The position numbers were made by a program, and so were the translations under genes. DNA of 63,883 nucleotides, the filler included, from Hausera hauseri (Eukaryota): NCBI GenBank assembly GCA_046269625.1. It is 11 parts of 11 records of this genome, joined end to end, with 100 filler letters (N's around TTAATTAATTAA, not from the genome) between each part and the next. Parts side by side here need not be neighbours in the genome. Positions count along the whole stretch, not along the records: positions 4,052 to 14,627 come from JBJURY010169973.1; positions 14,728 to 19,285 come from JBJURY010528345.1; positions 19,386 to 25,504 come from JBJURY010138094.1; 8 more parts are not named here. The stretch is one strand, 5' to 3'. Positions 11,969 to 22,511 of this stretch are shown here, piece after piece. Below the pieces are notes generated by a model, which saw nothing but the letters and a program-made list of their open reading frames with translations, made no database searches and had not been told where the DNA came from. The first letter of the stretch is position 1; the number at the start of each line of letters is the position of its first letter.

Positions 11969-14330
11969 TTTAAACTTTATTTAAAGATATTTTTCTGAGT
12001 TAAAGAAAGTTTTTTGTGTTTTCTTCTTGTTAGATTTATTAAACTGCTCAGTCTGAGCTGTTTGGTTTATAACAGGGAGGAACTCTGTCTTCTAACACTC
12101 ATTTCTGAGCAGCTTATTGTTTCTTTGCTCAAACAAAATGACAGACATTTGGACAAAGAAAAAGACGACACGTCAGGATGAGGGCAGAAGATGAAACTGA
12201 ACACGTCGGACTAAAAAGCAGCTTTTTGGAAGCAGAATCAGCTCTCAGGATTGTGTTGAACTCACAGACTTTGAGTCTCGTCTGACTCACAGCTTTCCTG
12301 CTCTAAAACACTGATGGTGAAGATTTCTAACAGGAGAACTTGTTTTCTGGAAGATAAAACACAGAACTGGATTAAAACACATTCAACACTTGAGTCATGT
12401 TACATTAGTGATTAGAAGAAATGTAGATTATAAAGAAATAAAACCACTTTAAATAACAAGTGAACATTATTCACCTTCAAATGTGTAATAATTAAATGTA
12501 GCCAACTTTATATAATCAAACATTTTATTTAAGATAAAGAAATAAAAAATCAATTGTCAGCTTGTAGCTGTATCAGTGTCCAAGGACAATTATTAGCAGA
12601 CAGACATTAATTAGATCAAAGGAACTGAACTGATTTAAACAAAGTTGGATTGATTTTCTTTCTGTTTGAGCTGCAGACAATAAATGAGTTTTAAATCCTC
12701 ACTGGAGACATAATCTCATGTAGTTTTTGTCTCTTTCAGACAAAATATGACTCAGATCTGAGTTCCTGACATCAGAGCAGATCTTCAGCTCCTTTTTTCA
12801 CTGAAGCTCTTTGTGTCAGACTTTATTTCTCTCAGTTAGTAAGAACAGAGAGAAGACAGCTCCATAAACAGCAGAAGTGAAGCAGCTTTATGATTCTAGC
12901 AGCTGAAAGCAGTGAATCATGGAGATCAATCATGGAGACTTCAGCCACAGGGAGTTGTTGAAAAGCCTAAAATCATGTGTGAATGTGCAGAAAGTCATGT
13001 TGAAGCATGTGAATAAAGGAAACAGTTTGAAGGGTTTACCAGCAGAGACAGAACTGGTTCTGGTGTCACTTTGTTCACAGAGTTTCTCCCTGAATGAGGA
13101 AACAGAAAAACATTCCTCAGAAGGTGAAATTCTGGTTCTGCAGGTCCTGAGGAGCAGCAGCAGCTCGTCTGCTGCCTCTCTGTGACTCTTTCTGTTTCTC
13201 TCTCAGCTCCGTCAGCAGCAGCAGCTCCACTGAGAGGAAAACTGGGTGGTCTGTCAGTTTCTGCTGGGGGTCTGTCTCAGCTTTGTGTTGCTGCACTTTA
13301 TCTCTGACACAAACTGTCTTCATCCCTGCAGGAAACAGCTTCATCCATCAGCCCACAGAACAGGAAGCAGGTGAGTTCAGAGCTGCTGATGGGCTTTATG
13401 AGCCTGTTAGACTGAGAACAAGAGGAGGATTATTTCTCTACATGAAGGTGCAGCAGGTGTGGGTCTGAGGTCTGAGTCAGTCCCAGTCATGAAGATCAGC
13501 CTCACAGAGCTGCTGAAGCTTCATGTGTTTCCTCTGACTGCACTCAGTGTGAGGAAACACCACAGAGTTTCAGCCTGAACACATGAAGGTGTGGAGCAGC
13601 TCTCATCAGCAGCAGCAGCAGGAAAACACTGCTGACCTCAGTGAGGAGCTGCAGGAGAAAACTTAGAGCCTGAACACAGTCTTTCTGTAAGATCTGTAAA
13701 CGTTTTTAATGTTATTTGTATTAGAGCAAAAATTAAACCTGTTTCAGGATATTCTTTATTATTATTTGATTTATCAATTCTTTTTGTAACTGGTTTCTTA
13801 CATCATTAACTAATATTTGGGTAAATGTTCACCCTACTTCCTCTCAAGTATTTTACAATGTCTTCCTCATTGGATGAATGTAGATCTATGAAGGAGTTAA
13901 TCTGGCTCCGCCCACCAGCAGTTGGTTCCTCATTTCATTATATATCAGGATTATTCAGATGTACCAGTTTCAACGAGAAACATCATAATTTAAATGTAGA
14001 AAAAATGATTAAAAGAATAAAATATTAGAATATTTCTTATCAAAAATACATCTAATATATAGAAAATTATTTTTTGAGGGAAATGTTTAATAAATCAGTC
14101 TAAAATGACTGTGATGAAGTGAAAACCTGTTCAGGATGAGCCCGACTCAGCTCCTGTGGTGATGGATGGACATTCAGCTGACACTGAGAGGAAACAGAGA
14201 GCAGGAGCCAATCAGAGGAGCAGCTGATCTGTTTACAGCACAAATGATGGAAAGATGAAGGATGTGTTTCCTCTGCAGGTGAAGCTACAAAGTGTGTGTG
14301 AGCTGATGTGGACTCAGTCAATTCAGCAGC

Positions 14331-14590
14331 ATGGATCAGTGTGAGGACAGAGAGGAGGGAGCCCCTCCCTCTAAGACCACTCAGAGGTGAGAGGACCACC
14401 TGGACCTGAGGACCACTCTGCTGCACGTCACAGCTCAGCATCAACACTCTGACTGTGTTCACAGGAGCACACCTGGACCTGAGCATGAACATGGACCTGA
14501 ACCTGGACCCAGCTGTGTGTCCTTAAAGAGCGACTGGTCAACTGATCGTTTTATTGACTTTAAGTCCAGTGAGTCTCCAGCATGGTCCAG
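14331..14590 (+). CDS. First coding exons (14331-14386, 14465-14590) of a teleost NLRC3-like (FISNA-NACHT) gene
   Basis: Spliced product MDQCEDREEGAPPSKTTQRSTPGPEHEHGPEPGPSCVSLKSDWS...; PSCVSxKSDxS is the fish NLR N-terminal repeat; GT-AG boundaries keep the frame. Confidence 0.85.
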
Positions 14591-14958
14591 GTGAGCTGTC
14601 TGTCTGTGTCTAAATGTCTAAATGTTTNNNNNNNNNNNNNNNNNNNNNNNNNNNNNNNNNNNNNNNNNNNNTTAATTAATTAANNNNNNNNNNNNNNNNN
14701 NNNNNNNNNNNNNNNNNNNNNNNNNNNCAAGCATCATCTCGGGCCGTTTACGCGGCCCAAGAAGATGATGCCTGTGTATTGCCCTATATATCCACACTAC
14801 TGTACTATTAGAGTGCATAACGTTGATAGTTGCCATACTGCAATGTAGCAGTACTACGGCATCACCACAATGCTGCACAGTATACGGGCCTATGTTTATC
14901 CCGGTTGTTGTTCTATAGTTGATGATGATGACAAATCAACTATGAACAATTTTATAAT

Positions 14959-17900
14959 TTGCACAAGGAACACTTAAACCAATTTAAGCGGTCGAAGAAA
15001 CAAATATTTATGGACAACAACAACAGCGGCAATAGCAGCAGCGTCATCCCCTCAACAACAACAACAACAACCAGTAAGAAATGTCAGGCCTCAACAAGTC
15101 TTGAGAGACTTAATCAGAAACAGTACCCAGCAACAGCAGCAGCAGCAGGAGGAACAGCATCAACAAGAAGAACAGGAGGCTAATATTCCCAATATTACAG
15201 TCAAGTACGACCTAAACATATCGTACGTGAACATGAAGTTGGACATGACGGCGAAAACAGCAATGCAATTGAAGAATGTACTTGCTCATATGCGTAACCA
15301 GTTGGAAATAGAGGTAGCCAATTTCCAACAACACCACTACAAAGTACAATATGATGCACTTGCAGAATTTGAAAATTTTGAAGGTGACAGGAAACAATGG
15401 TACCTGTCACATCGAGCCATACCGTATTGTGAAGATTCTATTGCCGACGTAGGCGAAAAGCTCGAGGAGAAAATTATCAACTACACCAAAAAGGGTAGTG
15501 GATGGCGAATTATACGAATTGTCAGTCTCGGCTTTATCATAACAAAGTCGAGTGATATGATATATTTGTCTGGACGATCATTCATACCGACACCTGCAGC
15601 TTTGAAGCAGTCTCTGGCGGTAGTGAATGTAAAAAATACCAACGATAAATACTGTTTTCTTTACAGTATTCTGGCGGTATTGAAATACGACGAAGTGGAC
15701 AGACATAGTGCATTTCATCCAAAACAATATCAGAAATATTTTTCCAAATTGGATTTCGATGAAAGCTGAATGCCAATGAAACTGAAATCCATTCCGGCTT
15801 TTGAATGACGTAATCCGACACTGACAATCAATGTGTTCCGGTACAATACAGTCGTAGAAATATCTGCGGATGAAGAAATTTACAAAAACCCACATGTAGA
15901 TATACTCTTTCGAAGTCGGAACCAAAATGGTCTCTCAGTAGTAAATTTGTTGCTACTGGAGCAAACAGATAAATTTCACTACGTGACAGTAACCAACTTG
16001 GACAGACTACTTAACATGGATCACCATCATTTTGTACAAAAGCGAATACAGTGTAAATAGTGTCCTGTATGTCTGCATGAATTCAGGTCGGAAACATCAT
16101 GGGAGAAACATGTGACTCTGTGCAGACAAAATTCATGGGGAAGCATAATGTATGTCATGCGCTTCAAAAAGGAACTCAGGTTCACAGGTTGGTCAAAAAC
16201 AGACAATCCGGCATATGTGATGTATGCCGATATTAAGGCAATTGTACCACGGCACAACGTATATGATCAAAAACACGTTCCAATCGTCGTTGGTATGTTG
16301 ATTGTCCCAATAAAAGCGGTCGGTCAGCCGCAATATTACACCTTTCACGGCTTGACATGTGTGCGTGATTTCCAGCAGCGTTTGGAAACGGCAGTAGAAA
16401 CGGAAATTGCACCGTGATATCGCAATAACAGCACAAAACCCCTGATTTGGACAGATGAAGATGAACGCCTGACGTTTGCAACCACCGATGAATGTTACCT
16501 GTGCCACCACAAAATATTACCGGAACGGCTCGTACCGGATCACAACTCTTTTACTGGTCGATACTTGGGAGCAGCATGCAACGCATGCAATTTGGCAAGA
16601 CGTGTGCGGTTATTCCTGCTGGTGATATTTCATAACTTCAGGGGTTATGATTGTCACTATATTCTGAAATGGGCCATAAACGGATTTCCGCACTGGGAGC
16701 TATCCTTAATCCCAACAACGATGGAGAAGTACCTGTCCCTATAGGCACGCATAAACCGGTTTCAGGTATGGTTTCTTAACTCATTGCTGTTCCCCAATGA
16801 GTCTATACCAAAGCTCGTAAATGCCTTGTACGATGTGCTGCTAACACTGATGCAGTTCCCCGCACATTGCACGCAGAAAAGGCATATTCCCATATGACTT
16901 TGCCGTGTAATATGAGCGACTCCGGACAACAGAGGATTTACCGCCGCGATGGACAGGTATTACGGAAGATGAATATCACAGAGCACAGGAATTTTGGACA
17001 GAGCTGGGTTGTAGAAACCTGTTGGACTACATGCTTCCGTATCTAAAGCTCGATATGTACCTATTAGCCGATGTGTTTCAGACATTTCGGACTAAAGCGT
17101 TGGAGGAAGATAGGTTGGAACCCCTTAACTTTTACTCAATACCGGGAATGAGTTGGACATAGGCACTAATGTCACTGGATCGGGACAGTGAGCTGCTACA
17201 AGACCCGGAAATGTACCGACTGTTTGACGTTGGCATTTGTCGCGGAATGACATTTGTCAACAAGCATCACGTAACCAGTGATGACGATGATACAACATCA
17301 ATGTTGTACATCGATATTAATAACCTGTACGGTTGGGCGCTTTCGCAACCCTTGCCGCACCGTTCATATGAATCGATAATGGACAAGCAAGAACTGGATA
17401 CATTGATGGACAATCTGCCAGCAGCAAACACGACAGAAAGCAGCTCAGTCGGCTACCTAATTGAAGTTGATCTCGTGGTACAGTATGAGCTGCATGTCGC
17501 TCTGGACAAATTATCCGTGGCATCAATCAGACAATGTCCACCCGGCGGCTCAAAAGTAAAGAAACGGTTCATGACGCATGAACCCAAATCGAATTACGTG
17601 GTTCATTGGCGCCTACTGCAGTTTTACATGCAGCTCGGTGTATGCGTCACACAGCTGCATCGTTCAATCCGCTTCAATCAGACGAATATATTCAAAGCGT
17701 ACATTGATAGAAATTCAGAGAAACGAACCGCAGCTCGGACAAAGTTTGAAAAGGGCTATTACAAGCTGAAAAACAATTCACTGTATGGGAAAACAGTAAG
17801 AGAATCTGAAGAAGCGGCTCAATGTGCGTCTGGAAAACAATGAAGAATGACTGGTTACGTACACCAGCAAGGCTGAGTTTAGGCGGTCAATGCACATTGC

Positions 17901-18556
17901 CGATGGATTGGTAGCGGTGCTGTTAAACCGAGAAGAAGTCGTACTAGACCGACCAAGCTACATTGGGCAAGTGGTATGGACCTAAGCAAGTTGCGAATGT
18001 ACCAGCTTCAGTATCGCTACTTGGCACGTTACCGGCAAATGTTAGACGACTGTGAGATCAGTATCGTTATCGATGACATAGGCAGCTTTTTCCTGGAGCT
18101 GAAAAACATCAATCGAGACCAGCTACTCCTGCAAATTATGGCAAATGGACTACTGGACACGTCCAACTACCCGCAGAACCATCACCTGTACAGCAGTGTG
18201 ATAATAAACAAAATCGGCTGCTTCAAGGACCAAATTGAAGGCCGGGTTCAATACATGGAATGGGTATTTTTGCGCCCAAAGTGCTACAGTCTTCTGACGG
18301 ACTGTGGGCCAAAAATGCGGGAAAAGGCATCCAGCTGAAACAAACGGAAATAAATCACAATGATTATCGCCGCGTCTATGATGGACAAGAAGAAGAAGAA
18401 GGAAAGGCTGTTGTATCTCAAACGACCATACGATAGATAGAGCACCAGCTGTATGCCATCACAAATAAAAAGTTTGCTTTGACATGCATCGATGACAAGC
18501 GAAACTGGGTGGGGCGGAATAAGAGTTTGGCGTGCAAACATTGGCGTTTGAAATAA
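14959..18556 (+). pseudogene. Near full-length Polinton pPolB, with many stops and frameshifts
   Basis: KGSGW, NDKYCFLYSILA, YADIKA, FHNFRGYD, YIDINNLYGWALSQPLP, YKLKNNSLYGKT, degenerate DTDS (DDIGS), FLRPKCY, DDKR. Confidence 0.93.
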
Positions 18557-18765
18557 AACACGCAGATAAAATCGGTGCAGACAAATAAATTAACTATGAC
18601 ATTTTATGTGATCTGTGTTTTATAAATCATGTATATTGTTCATTGCTTTGCCTTTTGTTTTATTATTATTTAATTTATCTATTTAACTTAATGTAATGAA
18701 AAACAAACAAACAAAACCAATAAAACTTATTAATCATCATAAGCTAAAATCCAAAACAAGGTAAG

Positions 18766-19240
18766 TCAAATCAGCGTAAACTTTCCCAGCTTCCATATTG
18801 GTGATTTAACGCCGTGTAGATCCTTGTATCCTTTGAACTTCAATGTTAGATGGCTTTTATCTCCTTCTGGTGGCAAAACTGCTTTTTGCTGCTGCTACTG
18901 CTGTTTCTCCACGACGTGAACTGACAATTTTCGTCATATTTCCTTTGAGAAAAATCGATGATGTATTAGTGATATCGTTACTCAACGCCAAATCACTGTC
19001 AACTTTTCTAATTGTGTCTTTTATCATATCCAAATCATCGTCGCTCATCTTTTTAACCAACTGACTATATTTCACCAGTTTGATTTTGACTGTTTGCGTA
19101 AATGGCAATTGAATAGCGTTGCGCAGATAATGTAAGTTGTATCTATTATACAACCGGGAATTTCTGAGCGAAAATTCACTGTACCGTGGCTTTTTTGAGA
19201 GACTGCTGTCACTTCCTGGTGAATTGTTTTCCAGAGGCAT
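18766..19240 (-). pseudogene. Hypothetical Polinton gene convergent with pPolB (frameshift near 18860)
   Basis: 127-aa ORF plus a probable shifted tail HLTLKFKGYKDLHGVKSPIWKL; AT-rich intergenic region between the two stops. Confidence 0.45.
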
Positions 19241-19642
19241 TGTTTAAAAAAGACAAATGTGAACTGAAATTACATATCTTTATATNNNNNNNNNNNNNNN
19301 NNNNNNNNNNNNNNNNNNNNNNNNNNNNNTTAATTAATTAANNNNNNNNNNNNNNNNNNNNNNNNNNNNNNNNNNNNNNNNNNNNTTCCTCGACGATTCC
19401 TTTCAAACTGTTAGGTATCTTGTCTACTTCATTTATTTCGATTGATCTTTTGTTTTGTGATTTGATATGGATCTGCCGGTAGATGGCTTTTGAATTGGGG
19501 GTTATGATAGTCGCATTTTCCTGAAGGAATTCATCGATATCTGCATAAGTTCCGCCATTATACTTACCAATCTGAAATAAAAGAAAATAAGATTATTCTT
19601 AAGACAGATTCTTATTTCAATACGAAATATTTTCACTGTCTG

Positions 19643-19686
19643 ATGATAGAATAACCCGATCTGTAGTTGTCAGGTTATTTTATCGT
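19643..19686 (-). promoter_or_regulatory. Conserved 17-bp stem/10-nt loop hairpin after the polyprotein (also 29758-29801, 40017-40060, 51282-51325)
   Basis: Sense ATGATAAAATAACCTGA-caattacaga-TCAGGTTATTCTGTCAT; present in all four copies with mostly pairing-compatible changes. Confidence 0.8.
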
Positions 19687-19724
19687 ATAAGTCATTTCGG
19701 TACACCACCCTTAACCTTCCATCT

Positions 19725-20858
19725 TTATTTTTGCGGCGTTTGTTTACAGTTTTTGGAGGTCAAACAAAATGACGCTATTAATATTATCAAGACGAACGCT
19801 GACAATCCAATTACAGATAAAATAGGTAAAGCTGTCCAGTCGAACGGCTTTTGTGTCGTTATTTGTGTTGTAATTTCATTTTTTATCTTTTTAAACTCTG
19901 AGTAAACGATTTTCTTTAATGTACGTAATGTAATTGTTTGATTTCGTCTTTTTGCTGCATTGATTTGTATTATATATTCTGTTTGAGCCTTTAATGAATT
20001 ACATTCAGTCTGTTGCGTGTTTTTATGCAGTATTACGTTTTGTTTACTATGTAGTGTTCGACAACTTATCCCCACATCGTAACCCAATTTCTTGTCAACG
20101 AAAAATTTTATTTTATTCTATTTTAACACATATTTAATAGGGATGTTTTCTGGTTCTTTTTCGATTCTTTTACTCGTTGCAATGATTCTCGTGGTTGCGC
20201 TGGTTGTCGCGGTTTCGACTGGAATTTCCCAAATCTGATTCTCTAATCGATATCCTCTTAGATAGATACTCGGTTGGTTAGGTCTGACCTGATACAAATC
20301 AAACTGTATTTTGTAACTATATCCACGGGGTATTTTGAAACATGGATTTGAATTCCATCGACTGATACTACAATACTTTGTTGGTGGATTTGTTTTCTTG
20401 GATGGTATGAATTGTGTCGATATCTGGTAGGACTCAGTTAATGGGGTTTTAGTTTTAATCTGGATACAGGCATTTTTCAAATTTTTAGAAACCTCGACTA
20501 TATTCTCATCTAGAAGTCTTATTTGAGGATTAGTACTCTGGATTACATCGGTTAATTTTGTTTGATTAGAAGGATTCTGGTTTGGCATGGTTATCTCGAC
20601 TGGCGGTTGTATATCCGCTCAAATGGTTTCATCAGGATAATAGTACATAAGTATTACGTATCTGTAGGTTCGTCTGAAGTCTAACTCGCAGCATTTCCTA
20701 TAGATTCCATAATCAAATTCACAATCCTTTATTTTCTCGTTATTTTGATCAGTAAATTTTATCCGTATTTTCATATACGTTCTAGTTGCTTCATTAGTCT
20801 TGAACCAGATACATAGTCTCTTCCAATCTACATCGTAAGCTTTCATTGTTTTGAGGTT
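19725..20858 (-). pseudogene. FN3-like ectodomain plus TM, copy A (in frame with IN; point stops)
   Basis: ORFs 20619-20846, 20118-20588 and 19725-20087 share the pol frame; LKAQTEYIIQINA FN3 signature; TM LPILSVIGLSAFVLIILIASFCL. Confidence 0.75.
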
Positions 20859-22313
20859 TTATACGTCCTTTTGTCCTTCTTTAACTTGTTGTTCTTCCTT
20901 CGTTTTAGCTTCTCTTGCCTTTTTACTAATTCCATATATATCCGGTAAGCTAGATTCATCGTGCCACCATTGGGCTTTAGTGCTTGGAACGTAAGAGGCA
21001 ATTAATGATAATGCTAAGATTATCTGTACGTAGGATACCGGTCTATTGACTATAGTAGAGGCCTTTGTTTTCTTTTTATCTTGACTTTGTTTTAGACTCT
21101 GATCTTTATATCGTAAATTGTAATATTTATTTGGCCTTATTTCTGTTTTAACAACTCTTTGAATGGAGATTATCTCTTCTTTTCCGTTTTTATTAATATA
21201 TACGGTAGTTGGTGTGGTTCGAACAACTTCATAAGGTCCTCTTCCGGTGCGAGTAAGCTTTAGTGACGTACCTTTCTTTGCTACTGGATAGTGTACGTAA
21301 ACCCAATCTCTCTTTTCTAAATCATGAGGTTTGGCTTTCTTATCGTACTGTTTCTTAAACTGTTCTTGGTATTCGAGTGTTAGCGTTTTTGCTATATCCC
21401 AACACTTCTGTAACCTTGTTTGTAAAACTTCTGCAAAGTTTGGTTCTAAGTCTTCTGGGTTTGTTTGATACGGGGTCATTCCTAAGTCCGTAGGTAATAT
21501 CGCTTCGCGCCCGTACATCATGAAAAATGGTGTAAATCCCGTAGCTGGGTGTGGAGTTGTATTAATAGCAAATTGCGTTCCTTCTAAAAATTCATCCCAA
21601 TCCTTTTGATCCTTTGCAACCACTGTTGATAAGACTCGAATGACTGTTGCGTTCATACGTTCTACCATTCCGTTACATTGGGGATGATACGCGGTCGTAG
21701 TTAATAGTTCGATTTCAAAGATTTTAGTAATCTTATCAAATAATTCACTCGTAAAGTTTCTTCCTCGATCCGTCAAGATTTGATCAGGTGGTCCATATCT
21801 GCAAATAACTTTCCTTACTACTGCATCTGCTAACGTCTCTGCTTTTTGGTCGATTAAAGCTACTAATTCGACGAAGTGCGTTAGTCGGTCTACGCATGTT
21901 AAAATATACTTGTTATTTTTGTGAGTTGTAGGTAATGGTCCTACTATATCCATAGACATGGCCTGCATAGGCCTATCTGGTACATTGATTGGTTTTAATT
22001 CGGCTATATAATTTTTCACTTTCTTTTGTTTCGTGGCACAGACTTCACATGCATCCACCCAATTTTTCACATCGATATAGATGCTAGGCCAGTAATATTT
22101 ATTTAGTATTCTCTCCAATGTCTTTTTCCATGACATGTGTCCGGCTAGATAAGAATCGTGTTCCGCCATTAATACTTCTGTTCGTAGTCCTCTCGGAATG
22201 ACCACAAGTTTCCGTCCCTTTCGTTCGTAATACAAAATACTATCTTGGTTTGATGCATAGTATTTGTGTCCATGTCTTTGTAGATGCTTCTTCAACTGGC
22301 GTCCCTTTGGCAT
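20859..22313 (-). CDS. Polyprotein segment: integrase (HHCC, DDE, GPY/F) running into a hydrophobic signal sequence
   Basis: HDSYLAGH..CEVC, SMDIVGP, TDRGRNF, GMVERMN, RGPYEV, then VSYVQIILALSLIASYVPSTKA; same frame as 22512-25493. Confidence 0.93.
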   Translation of the reverse strand: MPKGRQLKKHLQRHGHKYYASNQDSILYYERKGRKLVVIPRGLRTEVLMAEHDSYLAGHMSWKKTLERILNKYYWPSIYIDVKNWVDACEVCATKQKKVKNYIAELKPINVPDRPMQAMSMDIVGPLPTTHKNNKYILTCVDRLTHFVELVALIDQKAETLADAVVRKVICRYGPPDQILTDRGRNFTSELFDKITKIFEIELLTTTAYHPQCNGMVERMNATVIRVLSTVVAKDQKDWDEFLEGTQFAINTTPHPATGFTPFFMMYGREAILPTDLGMTPYQTNPEDLEPNFAEVLQTRLQKCWDIAKTLTLEYQEQFKKQYDKKAKPHDLEKRDWVYVHYPVAKKGTSLKLTRTGRGPYEVVRTTPTTVYINKNGKEEIISIQRVVKTEIRPNKYYNLRYKDQSLKQSQDKKKTKASTIVNRPVSYVQIILALSLIASYVPSTKAQWWHDESSLPDIYGISKKAREAKTKEEQQVKEGQKDV

Positions 22314-22511
22314 TTTATTTTGTTAGGCAAACTTAAGTATTTGTTGAATAACTTTATCTTTGGCTTGTTCTGAAGATATTTTGATCGTTCTGTCTAATGT
22401 TAGGGTGCGTTGTCGTTCCACCAATTCTTCAAGTTGAGCTTTCTTCATTGTCGTAATAATGCTTGTTTTTGTCTTAAGCCTTGATAAAGCATCTGCATCG
22501 ATATGTTTACT

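Noticed and set aside
14731-14771. Imperfect hairpin upstream of pPolB
   Set aside because: Single occurrence at a contig edge, with no comparative support.
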